Below, one piece after another: positions 51,788 to 62,542 of a DNA stretch of 64,000 nt. The translations under genes were made by a program, and so were the position numbers. Below the pieces are notes generated by a model. It worked only from the letters and a program-made list of their open reading frames with translations. It was not told the origin of the DNA and made no database searches. Positions within the stretch are counted from its first letter, which is position 1; every line of letters starts with the position of its first letter. This DNA is from Mustelus asterias (lineage: Eukaryota): assembly GCF_964213995.1 (NCBI RefSeq), contig NC_135801.1, positions 73,904,001-73,968,000 on the forward strand. Reading direction: 5' to 3'.

Positions 51788-52099
51788 GAATCATAGAATC
51801 TATACAGTGCAGGAGGAGGCCATTTGGCCCATCAGGCCTGCACCAACAACAGTCCCACCCAGGCCTTATCCCTATAACCCCAAATATTTACCCCACTAAT
51901 CTTCTTGACGCCAAGGGCAATTAGCATGGCAATCCACCTAACATGCACATGTTTGGAGTGTGGGAGGAAACCAGAATTCCCAGAGGGAATCCATGCAGAC
52001 ATGGAGAGAACGTGCAAACTCCACACAGACAGTCACCCGAGGTCAGGATTGAACCCGGGTCCCTGGCGCTGAGAGGCAGCAGTGTGCCACATGCTGCCC
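51788..52099 (-). mobile_element. HE1-like V-SINE
   Basis: Head (small deletion near the A box), V-domain and tail. Confidence 0.85.
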
Positions 52100-52103
52100 A
52101 AAA

Positions 52104-52172
52104 TGTGAAGTGGAGATTGAACCCCAGACCTCACACATGTAAAACATACACTCTTCCACTGAGATGCACCCC
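52104..52172 (-). pseudogene. tRNA-Ala-like pseudogene
   Basis: GGGGTGCATCTCAGTGGAAGAGTGTATGTTTTACATGTGTGAGGTCTGGGGTTCAATCTCC aligns by eye to vertebrate tRNA-Ala(UGC); anticodon mutated to TAC and acceptor stem broken. Confidence 0.7.
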
Positions 52173-52182
52173 GACAAAGCAT

Positions 52183-52255
52183 GACGTGAACAAGGACCTG
52201 AACCCTGGAGCTTCAGATTAAAAGTCTAATGCTCTACCGACTGAGCTGTAACAGC
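52183..52255 (-). pseudogene. tRNA-Lys(UUU) pseudogene
   Basis: AGCTCAGTCGGTAGAGCATTAGACTTTTAATCTGAAGCTCCAGGGTTCAGGTCCTTG closely matches vertebrate tRNA-Lys-UUU; the acceptor stem does not pair. Confidence 0.85.
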
Positions 52256-52562
52256 ATGCCACCTCCTGCCATGCGAAACACACCATGGAGAGGTCAGCAA
52301 ATCCACCCCTCCCATCCCTCCCCCCTCACCCCCAGCACACTTCTGGCTGGAAATGTGCAAATAGTTCCTGCCCGCTGGAATGGGGTAACAACCCAAATTG
52401 GGCACGGTATGGACCAGTTTCTCAGACAAAGGGTGGAATTTTCCCAAACGTGACCAAGTGTCAGATTCTGACTGAAAACTGGCATGATTCTCCCAGAGAA
52501 AAAGGCAGCTATTCCAAACAGATCCTCCCACATTTTTCCATTATAAAGCTAAGGGGAGAAAA

Positions 52563-53212
52563 GGGGGGCATGTTTTGTGCCATCATTGTCAGGGCAGGGC
52601 CTAAAGCTGCCAGCAGGCCCAACTCCACAGATATTGGGGCATCCTTTGTAAAGGGCACCCCCATCTCAAAACCACATTAAAGACCCCGCCTCCCCCCGGA
52701 TCACCTCTCCACCGCCACCCCCCCACGTGAAGCGGGCCTCCATTATGGAGTCACCTATAGGTACTATAGTGCCAGGTTGGCGTTGCCAGGGACAGCGTCC
52801 TGCCATTTTCTGACCATGTGGAGTCTGCACGTTCCCCCCGTGTCTGCGTGGGTTTCCTCCGGGTGCTCCGGTTTCTTCCCAATGAAGGCCCCAATGACCT
52901 CTGAGGCCCCCAGTGTGGACATCACATCTGGTGGTCTTGTTTGGAAACCAGTAGTGATTCCTGTCGGCGTTGCATCATGGGTTGGAAGATATGATGTTCC
53001 TGGAAGATACGGTTATAAGCCGGTTTTGAAATTTTTCAAAATGTTTAAATGAATGTTAATCAGGTTAACACCCTCGCTGTGCATGAACCAGATGACCTCA
53101 CTGGTGAGGGACAGAGATCTCCCTGCTGTAAATCCCGTTATGCCACTCTCGTGAGAGTTAGCAGTCGTAACAGAACTTGTGTCTGTATCGGGCAGGGCTA
53201 GACAATTTCCCC
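52563..53212. mobile_element. Probable non-autonomous DNA transposon containing a V-SINE fragment (52817-52880)
   Basis: G-run start (ggggggcatgttttgt) and C-run end (acaatttccccc) form imperfect TIRs, with an isolated V-domain inside. Confidence 0.4.
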
Positions 53213-54172
53213 CGACATGTCCAATGAAGTTATTGGCATAGTAGAAGAGAGCCTTTTTGTAACTTGTAGCTGCAGAACCCAATGTATGAATGCTAATCCA
53301 GAGCTTAGTACTGTTCAGAAATTCTTCCCCTTTTCCTCGGAACTGACATTCCCTTGTGATATAATCTTAAGAAAATAAATCTGTCAAAAATGTATTGTGC
53401 ATTTTACGTTGTAAATACAAACATTTTAACCAAATTTTTGTTTATCTTAAGACAGATGCTTTCTGTGAAATCAGAAAAAAAAGGATATCTAGATTGGATA
53501 TGAATATGTGAATGATGAAAAAGAAGGGAGATTGATAATTAAAATCCTAAAGGGAATAAATCAAATTAAAATACCGTGGTGTGTTTTTTTTTTAGTTGAA
53601 AGCCTGTAAGTCTCTATCATTGACTGTGTGATGTGTGACCTTGGTGCTTCTTGTTTTAATACTGCATTTAATCAGTGTTAGGTTTCTTTTTGGGGAATCA
53701 AGCTCAAACAGATCTGCTTCACACTTTAGCTGGTGACTGGCATTCACTAATCATGTCTTAATGTGTAATTATTGCTGTTTGTTACTTCCAGCAGAAGGAA
53801 TAATTAAAATTTAAACAGTGTGCCACTTCAGTGCTTTTTTCCCCAAACATATTCCTCCACAACCCAGCACTCTTTGATCTCTGATCACACGATAATCATC
53901 ATTTTAATGGGGTCTTATCTATTAACCTTGCAAAACATCCAGAAGGTATGGCCCATGCTAATGGAGGTAGGAAGAGCAGAGCACATTCAGTTGCAAAAAC
54001 AAAATGTGAGATCTGGGGGGGGAAGATTTCTCCCCTGTCTTCAGTAAAACTTGTGTTGGCTTTGCATCGTTTAATGTCCAGCTGTTAGGTTTCTGGTGAA
54101 ATTAGATTTTTAATCATTCTGTGCCCCCAAGAGTATTTCTAGACGAGCTGACAGATGCTGTTCTGTTTACAG

Positions 54173-54358
54173 AAACATGGCATTCCCATCGACATGGGCT
54201 ATGCCGTGGCACCACATCACTCTGGAGTCTATCCAGTCCATGTGCAGCTCTATGAGGCTTGGAAGAAAGTGTGGGGCATCAAAGTGACCAGCACTGAAGA
54301 GTACCCACATCTGAAACCTGCACGATACAGACATGGCTTCATCCACAGTGGCATCATG
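54173..54358 (+). CDS. NDST3: NDST3/4-like coding exon, 186 bp
   Basis: gtttacag|AAA...ATG|gtaaga; [62 protein letters not shown]; phases 0-0. Confidence 0.97.
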
Positions 54359-54423
54359 GTAAGATTGTCTCTATAGAAATATTAGAATATTGAATTATAC
54401 GATATTTGACCAAACTGTCAACT

Positions 54424-54720
54424 GGGCGGCACAGTGGTTAGCACTGCTGCCTCACAGCGCTAGGGATCCGGGTTCAATTCCCAGTTTGGGTCACTGTCTG
54501 TGTGGAGTTTGCACGTTCACCCCGTGTCTGCGTGGGTTTTCTCCGGGTGCTCCGGTTTCTTCCCACAGTCCGAAAGACCTGCTGGTTAGGTGCATTGGCC
54601 ATGCTAAATTCTTCCTCAGTGTACCCGAACAGGTGCCGGAGAGTGGCAACTGGGGAATTTTCACAGTAACTTCATTGCAGTGTTAATGTAAGTCTACTTG
54701 TGACACAAATAAATAAACTT
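54424..54720 (+). mobile_element. V-SINE, variant with Rex1-like tail
   Basis: Head and V-domain, then the tail ttttcacagta...tacttgtgacac.aataaataaactt. Confidence 0.88.
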
Positions 54721-55343
54721 CTTTTGTAAAAACTGCCACACCGTTTCCATTAGTATAAATCTACAACTCTAAAGCTAAAAGGCGACCATGCATTCACTTG
54801 AAAAAATTAGACAGTTTCTCGAGATGCATACATTTTATTTCCTAGTTGTACACATATGATAGCTGGGACTTCCAATTTGTTTGCTGAATTTGGGTCAAAA
54901 ATAGTGAAATCAGCTATGAGAAAATATCTGCTTTTTTGGATAAAATTTGACAGCAACATGTAATCAGAACACCAAGTTTAACTGGATTTTATCACCATAG
55001 CAATGTTGGAAATAAATACTTTTCATTGAAACTGTTTTAGAAGAAGAAATTACCTACTTCAAACAAGTAAACACTCAGAACTGTCGTCACAAAACATAAA
55101 GCTAATGAGAAGTAACATGAATCATCAACCACATTCCCAGCATCTCTTCCTTCACACAACTTCATCCAGCTATAGTTCCGAGGGATAGATGGCTGAAAGG
55201 CTTATTCCACATTAATATTGTCAATCAGTATGAAGAGAATACAAATGTTAAATAAGAACTAAATACTACGGATGCTGGAAATCTGAAAGTGCTGGAAACA
55301 CTCAACAAGTCTGTCAGCATCCATGGGGATAGAAACAGAGTTA

Positions 55344-55652
55344 GTTTAAAGTTTATTTATTAGTGTCACAAGTAGGCTTACATTAACACTGCAAGAAGTT
55401 CATGTGAAAATCCCCTAGTTGCCACACTCCGGCGCCTGTTCGGGTACACTGAGGGAGAACTTAGCGTGGCCAATGCACCTAACCAGCACGTCTTTCAGAC
55501 TGTGGAAGGAAATTGGAGCACCCAGAGGAAACCCACGCAGACACAGAGCGAATGTGCAGACTCCACACAGACAGTGACCCAAACCAGGAATTGGACCCGG
55601 GTCCCTGGTGCTGTGAGGCAGCAACACTAACCACTATGCCACCGTGCTGCCC
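55344..55652 (-). mobile_element. V-SINE, variant with Rex1-like tail
   Basis: Reverse complement of 54424-54720. Confidence 0.88.
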
Positions 55653-55993
55653 ATTTTGAGTTGAATATGAGTTTTTATCAGAACTGGAGAAACTGGTGGA
55701 TTTTATGCCATTGAAAACGGTGAGGGGGAGAGAGAACAAAAGTGAAGGTTTGGGATAGGGTTAGGGGTGGGAGAGATTAAATGGCAAAGATGTCATGGAA
55801 CATGAGGCAAAGGGAGTGATAATGGTTGTAGTAAAGAAACAAAACATTTGTACAGAGGGAATGTGAATGAACAGCACTGTTCAAAAGTAGAAACATGTAA
55901 AACAGAGTTAAGACCATCATATGGCAAAAAAACAGAATGAAAATGGGGGACAGAGACAATGCTATGAAATTGTTGAACTCAGTATTGAGTCTA

Positions 55994-56216
55994 TGATGCA
56001 CCATCAATTATGCAAAGACTCGTTGTTGCTAAATAACAGGCTTTTATTTACGAAAGAATTGGAGCACACCCGAACCGATAGCTAATCCGAACTGAGGCAA
56101 AAGGGGTGGAGAGCAGTCGCCTTTATACCCAGAGAAGGGCGGAGTCCCAGATTGAGGCAGCAGGGGCGTGTCCAGGCATATCACACAAACAGACAATATT
56201 ACAGTGGTTCACCACA
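55994..56216 (-). mobile_element. Solo LTR, 223 bp
   Basis: Same termini as 46851-47158 (TGATGCAC...GGTTCACCACA on the + strand); 5-bp TSD GTCTA (55989-55993 and 56217-56221). Confidence 0.85.
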
Positions 56217-56937
56217 GTCTAGAAAGCTGTAAAGTGCCTAATCGGAAGATGAGGTGGTCGTGGAGTTTGCATTGGGCTTCACTCGAGCATTGCAGCAGGC
56301 CAAAGACAGACAAGTGTGCAATTTATCTTTGATCTTTTGGCAATCTCTCTGCAAATGGTGAAGGAAACCTCAAAACCTTTATCGCCTCTAGTCATGCGTC
56401 ATTCATTATATCCTGATAACAGTTGTTATGAATAAAACCCTCAAGACAAGATGAGAGGTTGTTCCAGAAAACTTCCAAATAGCAAATAGTTTGCCATATA
56501 AGCACGCAACTCATCACTCTATTGCCCCACCTCTTGTCGCTATCATGGGCTCATCTGACTTCACAGTGTATTGGGAGAGTTTTTAATCGAACAAACAAGA
56601 ATCACACATCCTGTACTTTCAGCAGAAGCTGAACAGCACAGTCAGCCAAATTGTTCTCTGACACATTAAACCCTAAAGCATCTGGAAATTAACAATTTTG
56701 ACGATTTAATTGCTTTTAGCTGCAGTTAAATCCACAAGACATTTTCAAATAAAAAGAAGCAAAAACCTTAATCATATGTGATTAAACCAAATCCTAATCC
56801 TTTATTTTTATGTGTGCACAGCTAGGGTATCTTAGAATACTCCAAATAACTATGTGTTTGATTTTTATGTGCTTGTTTACCTTTGTAAAATAAACTTGGT
56901 TAATCTTTTTAACTTGGACCAAAATATGAAGGACTGG

Positions 56938-57995
56938 AAATCATAGAATCGTACAGTGCAGAAGAGGCCCTTTGGCCCATCGAGTCTACACCAACACGTG
57001 AGAAACACCTGACTTCCCACCTAATCCCATTTATCAGCACATGGCCCATAGCCTTGAATGTCATGACATGCCAAGTGCTCATCCAGGTACTTTTTAAAGG
57101 ATGTGAGGCAACCTCTACCACCCTCCCAGGCAATGCATTCCAGACTGTCACCACCCTCTGGGTAAAAAATGTTTTTCTTCACATCCCCCCCAAACCTCCT
57201 GCCCCTCACCTTGAACCTATGTCCCCTTGTGACTGACTCTTCAACTAAGGGGAACAACTGTTCCTTATCCACTCCGTCCATGCCCCTCATTATCTTGTAC
57301 ATCTCAATCAGGTTGCCCCCTCAGTCTTCTCTGCTCCAATGAAAATAAACTGAGCCTATCCAAACATTCTTCATAATTTAAATGCGTCCCAGGCAGCGTC
57401 CTGGTGAATCTCCTCTGCACCCCTTCCAGTGCAATCACATCCTTCCTATAATGTGGTGACCAGAAATGCACACAGTACTCCAGCTGTGGCCCACCAAAGT
57501 TCTATACAACTCCAACGTGACTTTCCTGCTTTTGTAATCTATGCCTCGACTGATGAAGCAAGTGTCCCACATGCCTTTTTCACCACCCCATTAACTTGCT
57601 CTTCTGCTTTCAGAGATCAATGGACAAACACTCCCTTTGTTCCACATAACTTCCTTATGTCATGCTGTTCATTGAATACTTCCTTGTCAAATGCTCCTTC
57701 CAAAGTGTATCACCTCACACTTTTCAGGGTTAAATTCTATCTGCCACTTATCTGCCTGTTTGACCATTCCGTCTGTATCTTCTTGTAGCCCAAGATACTC
57801 AACCTCACTGTTAACCACCCGACCAATCTTTGTGTCATCGGCAAACTTACTAATCTCACCCCCGACATAGTCATCAATGTTGTTTATATAAATGACGAAT
57901 AATAGGGAACCTAGCGCAGGTCCCTTTGCTATGCCACTGGACACTGGCTTCCAGTCACGAAAGCAGCCTTCTGTCATCACCATCTGCCTCTTACA
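56938..57995 (-). mobile_element. 5'-truncated CR1 LINE (HER1-like)
   Basis: ORFs 57687-57983 ([11 protein letters not shown]) and 57021-57302; same subfamily as 4730-5161. Confidence 0.92.
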
Positions 57996-58820
57996 AATGG
58001 GTGTGTTGGCATCAGAGTTCAGATGTCTAACATCTTAACCCCGCCCCCACCTCACACAAACATGCCCATTTTGGGGGAGGCTGGGGGGGGGAGGGGTTAA
58101 GATTCTATCCACCCAGCCCCTCCCCCTTTAATATTTCTGGTTACAATGTTGTCAGGAAAAATAGAGTCGGGTTAAAAAAAGCAGTGGGTAGCAATATTGA
58201 TCAAAGATGCTGCTGGAGCCCTGGAAAGGGATGATATATTTCAGGATTCAAAGGCAGAGGTTGTGAATTTCAGCTTCTTAGCTCCTGGCTTTTCAGGGCA
58301 ATAAGTTCACTTCTCGTTCCAAAATGATGTTTGTGGCATTTGCACTTGTCCTTCTGGCGTGAGCCATCTCCACTGTTTTGCTGAAGGTGTTAGCACGCAC
58401 AGGGAGTGTCGCCGTAAGAATGCAGAGTGGGCAGATCGTGAGGTCAATCAGTCTGTCATGCTTATTTGATACCAGTGTTGCTATTTTGGAACTCAATGCT
58501 CCAACTAAAGCACACATTTAATATTGTACAGTTGAACACGCATTCAGCAGGATGAGGGATCACACCCCTGGCGGCTGGATTTAAAGGGATTATTAACTAA
58601 TTTTAGCGTGGTTGGCTGATTGATCCCTATCGGCTGCTGTTGCTGTTTGTAGTACTGCTTGGTGGTTTCTGGAGTTGTTTGACATGGCTGCGTCTACGGG
58701 GAATGTGACACATGCTGAAGGACTTTATTCTGAATTCAAGGATTGTGCGCAAGCTACTTTCTCCCAGACATGGGTGCAGTAGTATGCATTTCTCTGACTC
58801 CAGAATGACAGTGAGAATAT

Positions 58821-59280
58821 AGTAAGAAGTTTAACAACACCAGGTTAAAGTCCAACAGGTTTATTTGGTAGCAAAAGCCACACAAGCTTTCGGAGCTCCA
58901 AGCCCCTTCTTCAGGTGAGTGGGAATTCTGTTCACAAACAGGGCATATAAAGACACAAACTCAATTTACATGAATAATGGTTGGAATGCGAATACTTACA
59001 ACTAATCAAGTCTTTAAGAAACAAAACAACGTGAGTGGAGAGAGCATCAAGACAGGCTAAAGAGATGTGTATTGTCTCCAGGCAAGACAGCCAGTGAAAC
59101 TCTGCAGGTCCAGGCAACTGTGGGGGTTACAAATAGTGTGACATGAACCCAATATCCCGGTTGAGGCCATCCTCGTGTGTGCGGAACTTGGCTATCAGTT
59201 TCTGCTCAGCGACTCTGCGCTGTCGTGTGTCGCGAAGGCCGCCTTGGAGAATGCTTACCCGAATATCAGAGGCCGAATGC
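58821..59280 (-). mobile_element. Penelope-like element 3' fragment
   Basis: Homologous to 11982-12513 and to the reverse complement of 5610-6065. Confidence 0.88.
58881..58917 (-). ncRNA. Minimal type I hammerhead ribozyme motif
   Basis: cac CUGAAGA A GGGGCU ugg AGCUCC GAAA GCUU gug. Confidence 0.78.
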
Positions 59281-59339
59281 AAGCAGAGGTGACACAGAAC
59301 ATGGCAAACTGTTGGGAGAAATGTGGGATAAGGGCTGTC

Positions 59340-60262
59340 AGCATGAGGCTATATCTGCCCAGTATTTTTTGTAGAACAACCCCTTATCAACAAGGTGCAA
59401 TGATTCGGATGCTTCTGCTTCACTATGTTCTCACTGAAAGCTGCCAGGAGCTGCAGCTACATCTTCAACCTCAGAGCAGGGGATGGACAGCATTGCCAGT
59501 AGCTCTGAAGGTGACCGTGACTATGAACTAGTGAGCACCAGGTTTCTTCCAAACTGGAGCAGGTGATACTTGTAAGATCTCCCAATCTGCCATCCATTGT
59601 TACTTAATTGTTGCCATTGAAACTCTGTATAGCAAGAAAGCTGAATACACTTCATTTTCTCTGGTCAGAGCGAAGTAAGTGGAGCAAACAACATAGCTTT
59701 GTGAGGATTTCAGGCTTCCCGAAGGTTCAGGGAGCTATTAACCATACCCATATCACTTGGTGACCACTGAATGTCAACTCTGATGGGTCTTTTTAAGTTT
59801 AAAGTTCATTTATTAGTGTCACAAGTAGGCTTACATTAACACTGCAATGAAGTTACTGTGAAAATCCCCTGCCACACTCCGGTGCCTGTTCGGGTACACT
59901 GAGGGAAAAATTAGCATGGCAATGTACCTAACCAGCACATTGTTCGGAGTGTGGGAGGAAACCCACACAGACACAGGGAGAACGTGCAGACTCTGCAAAA
60001 ACAGAGAACCAAACTGGGAACTGAACCTGTTTCCCAGGCGCTGAGAGCAGCAGTGCTAACCACTGTGCCACCGTGGTGTACCACAACTGCAAGGAATTCC
60101 ACTCCCTCAATGTCCAGTTAGTATGTGATCTCATACATGATGAATCATGCAGGCCAATGTCCTGTATCCTGGCATTAGTCATGATGCCTTCATCCTGCTG
60201 CAGTCTGTTATCAACTGTACTTGAGACAAAGCAGAGGGTGGCCACTGAGTGACCAGGGCACT
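59340..60262 (+). pseudogene. PIF/Harbinger (HARBI1-like) DDE transposase relic, split by a SINE
   Basis: ALPVALKVT..N**APGFFQTGAGDTCKISQSAIHC; ISGFPKVQGAINHTHI; after the SINE, YHNCKEFHSLNVQLVCD, YPGISHDAFILLQS and GWPLSDQG. Confidence 0.85.
59793..60075 (-). mobile_element. V-SINE, variant with Rex1-like tail
   Basis: Same tail as 55344-55652, with internal deletions. Confidence 0.85.
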
Positions 60263-61135
60263 TACACTTTAAACCAAAATTTTAAATACAACTCTCCCCA
60301 TTCTATTTTTAATTTCAGGCAGGAACTCTTTTTTTACATTACAGTTTCTCAAGTTTCCATACAAATCTCCTGGAATCAAACCAATGTGTGTCTCAGCTGC
60401 CAAGGACTTACGGTGGTTTTCTTTCCTTTCCCAGTAACATTCTGAGGTGAGGGGTTTCTTGTGGATTCACCCATTAGCGTCTGACCAGCCCTACATTAAT
60501 GTCTCACAAATTTGGATTTTTGCAGCTGGAGCATGGGCCTCACTTTCAGTTTTCGCAAAGTGACTCCAAGTCCGAACCTGGTTCCTGGTGGCCCTCCGCT
60601 TCTTGCTGGCAGGTCCACTTTTTGCCTTCTCCAAGCTGTGACAGACACAAACTGCCTTCCAGACTGACTGCCTCACAGACTGGTGAAAATAGCAGACATC
60701 CAATAAAACCAAGAAACTTTCCTAAACCCCACAGCCCATCTCCAACTCAACAGGACACACCTGGCCTGTCCCAGAAATGCAGATGAATTACCTTTAAAGC
60801 TAAGTTTGATCTGGAAAAATATATGGATAGTTTAAAACTTCCCTTTGTTTACGATTCTTCTCACTGGGGAAATTACTTGAATCATTTAATCCCCTGCACT
60901 GCACTCCACCCTGCCACCTCTCAGTTTGTACCTTAACTTCAAGTCTTCTCCATCGATGCCTACAGACAGCCCATCCCCTCAAGAGCTTTTCAAAGATGTC
61001 ACTATAATCCCAGCTGTGAATGTCTCTCACTAACATCCTCGCAATGCAATAAGATTTTCCCTTTGATCTGCAACTCCAGGCCTATGTGATAAGCTATCCA
61101 GAACAATCTTTCTTTCCTCCATATTTAGAATCCCA

Positions 61136-61261
61136 GGCCGGTATTTTACAACTTCGCTCGGCCAAGGCTCGGAAAATCCCACCCGAGGCCAACGGAGAAT
61201 TCCATTCTGCGAGCCGCGCCCGCGCCGATTCCGGGGCAGGCGTGCCGGTAAAATTCCAGCA
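61136..61261. mobile_element. Harbinger-type MITE, 126 bp
   Basis: TIRs ggccggtattttac / gtaaaattccagca; 3-bp TSD CCA; CpG-rich, suggesting a young insertion. Confidence 0.75.
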
Positions 61262-61324
61262 CCAGTCTCGCAAACCAGAACATTGCCATTTAAAACAAAA
61301 GCTACAATCTTAAAATATATTCAT

Positions 61325-61683
61325 TTTTTTTTATTAATTCGTGGGATGTGCATATGGGTGTCGCTGGCTGGCCAGCATTTATTGTCTGTCCCTAGTTGCC
61401 CTTGGAGGCAGTTGAGAGTCAACCACATTGCTGTGGCTCTGGAGTCACATGTCGGCCAGACTGGGTAAGGATCGCAGATTTCCTTCCCTGAAGGACATTA
61501 ATGAACCAGGTGGGTTTTTTTTCCGACAATCGACAATGGTTTCATGATCATCAGTAGATTCTTAATTTCAGATTTTTTTAAAAATTGAATTCAAATTCCA
61601 CCATCTGCCATGGCGGGATTCGAACCCAGGTCCCCAGAACATTAGCTGAGTTTCTGCATTAGTAGTCCAGCAATAATACCACT
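61325..61683 (-). mobile_element. Second tRNA-type SINE family
   Basis: Reverse complement of 21812-22148. Confidence 0.82.
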
Positions 61684-62011
61684 CGTAAGAAGTCTCACAA
61701 TACCAGATGAAAGTCCAACAGGTTTATTTGGTATCACGAACTTTTGGAGCACTTCTTATCAATATCACTCGGCCACCCCCTCCCCATTGAATCTTAAAAT
61801 TGTGCATTTGCAACAAGTGCTACACTAGTGGCTTCAGTTGGGGAGTCTGCAGGTGGCCTTGCAGGATGACCTTGATCAGCTCTGGCCTTGGAAGGCCCAG
61901 CTTCAGACTGCGCTACCTCAGCATGGGCGACCACAGTCTGTGCTGACTGGTTGACAGGCAAGGGCACTGCAGAGGCGATAGGAGTATAAATACTGTCTTC
62001 TTGAGAGATGA

Positions 62012-62262
62012 TATGGAGACAATACACATCTCTTTAACCTGTGTTGAATGCTCCCTCCACCCACATTGTCTGTACCTTTAAGACCTGGCTGGCTGTAGAG
62101 ATTTGCATTCTAATTAGTATTCTGTAACTTGATTTCTGTGTCTGTGCACTGTTTTAGAGCACATTTCCACTCCATCTGACGAAGGAGCAGTGCTCCGAAA
62201 GCTTATGGTATTTGCTACCAAATAAACCTGTTGGACTTTAACCTGGTGTTGTGAGACTTCTT
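62012..62262 (+). mobile_element. Penelope-like pLTR fragment with 12-16-bp TSD
   Basis: Matches 5810-6062; flanked by tcttcttgagagatga at 61996-62011 and 62259-62274, where the first bases overlap the element end. Confidence 0.88.
62172..62208 (+). ncRNA. Minimal type I hammerhead ribozyme motif
   Basis: CCAU CUGACGA A GGAGC agu GCUCC GAAA GCUU AUGG. Confidence 0.8.
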
Positions 62263-62542
62263 CTTGAGAGATGACAGCTGAGTTGTACTGCTTGGGAATG
62301 TGCCACCCTGACCTCAGCAATCCTAGTAATATTGGAGGACTGATTGCTGTGCCACTGTGACGTCCTGCAAACCCCAGCCAACTGTAGCGGGGGTTTCGCA
62401 GATGTTGGGGGAGAGCACCAAGCAGGGGAACTGTTCAGCCCCTCCCTGCAGGGAGCAGTGTCTTTAGCAAGCTGAAGGGCAGACGCAGATGCCATGAGGT
62501 GAGGGAGAAAACAGCAAGGACAGGTTAAGGATTTGAGTTGTA

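Larger units (their letters stand above)
55255..56320 (-). mobile_element. Penelope-like element 3' end, interrupted by a SINE (55344-55652) and a solo LTR (55994-56216)
   Basis: Same terminal motif as 51190-51545. The minus strand of 56220-56290 resembles AQCKL...HLIFRLGTLQ.SGLN, the GIY-YIG C-terminus, once the LTR is removed. Confidence 0.7.

Noticed and set aside
61686-61762. Further Penelope-type terminus with hammerhead remnant
   Set aside because: The core boxes are destroyed by mutation and deletion; not supportable as a ribozyme.
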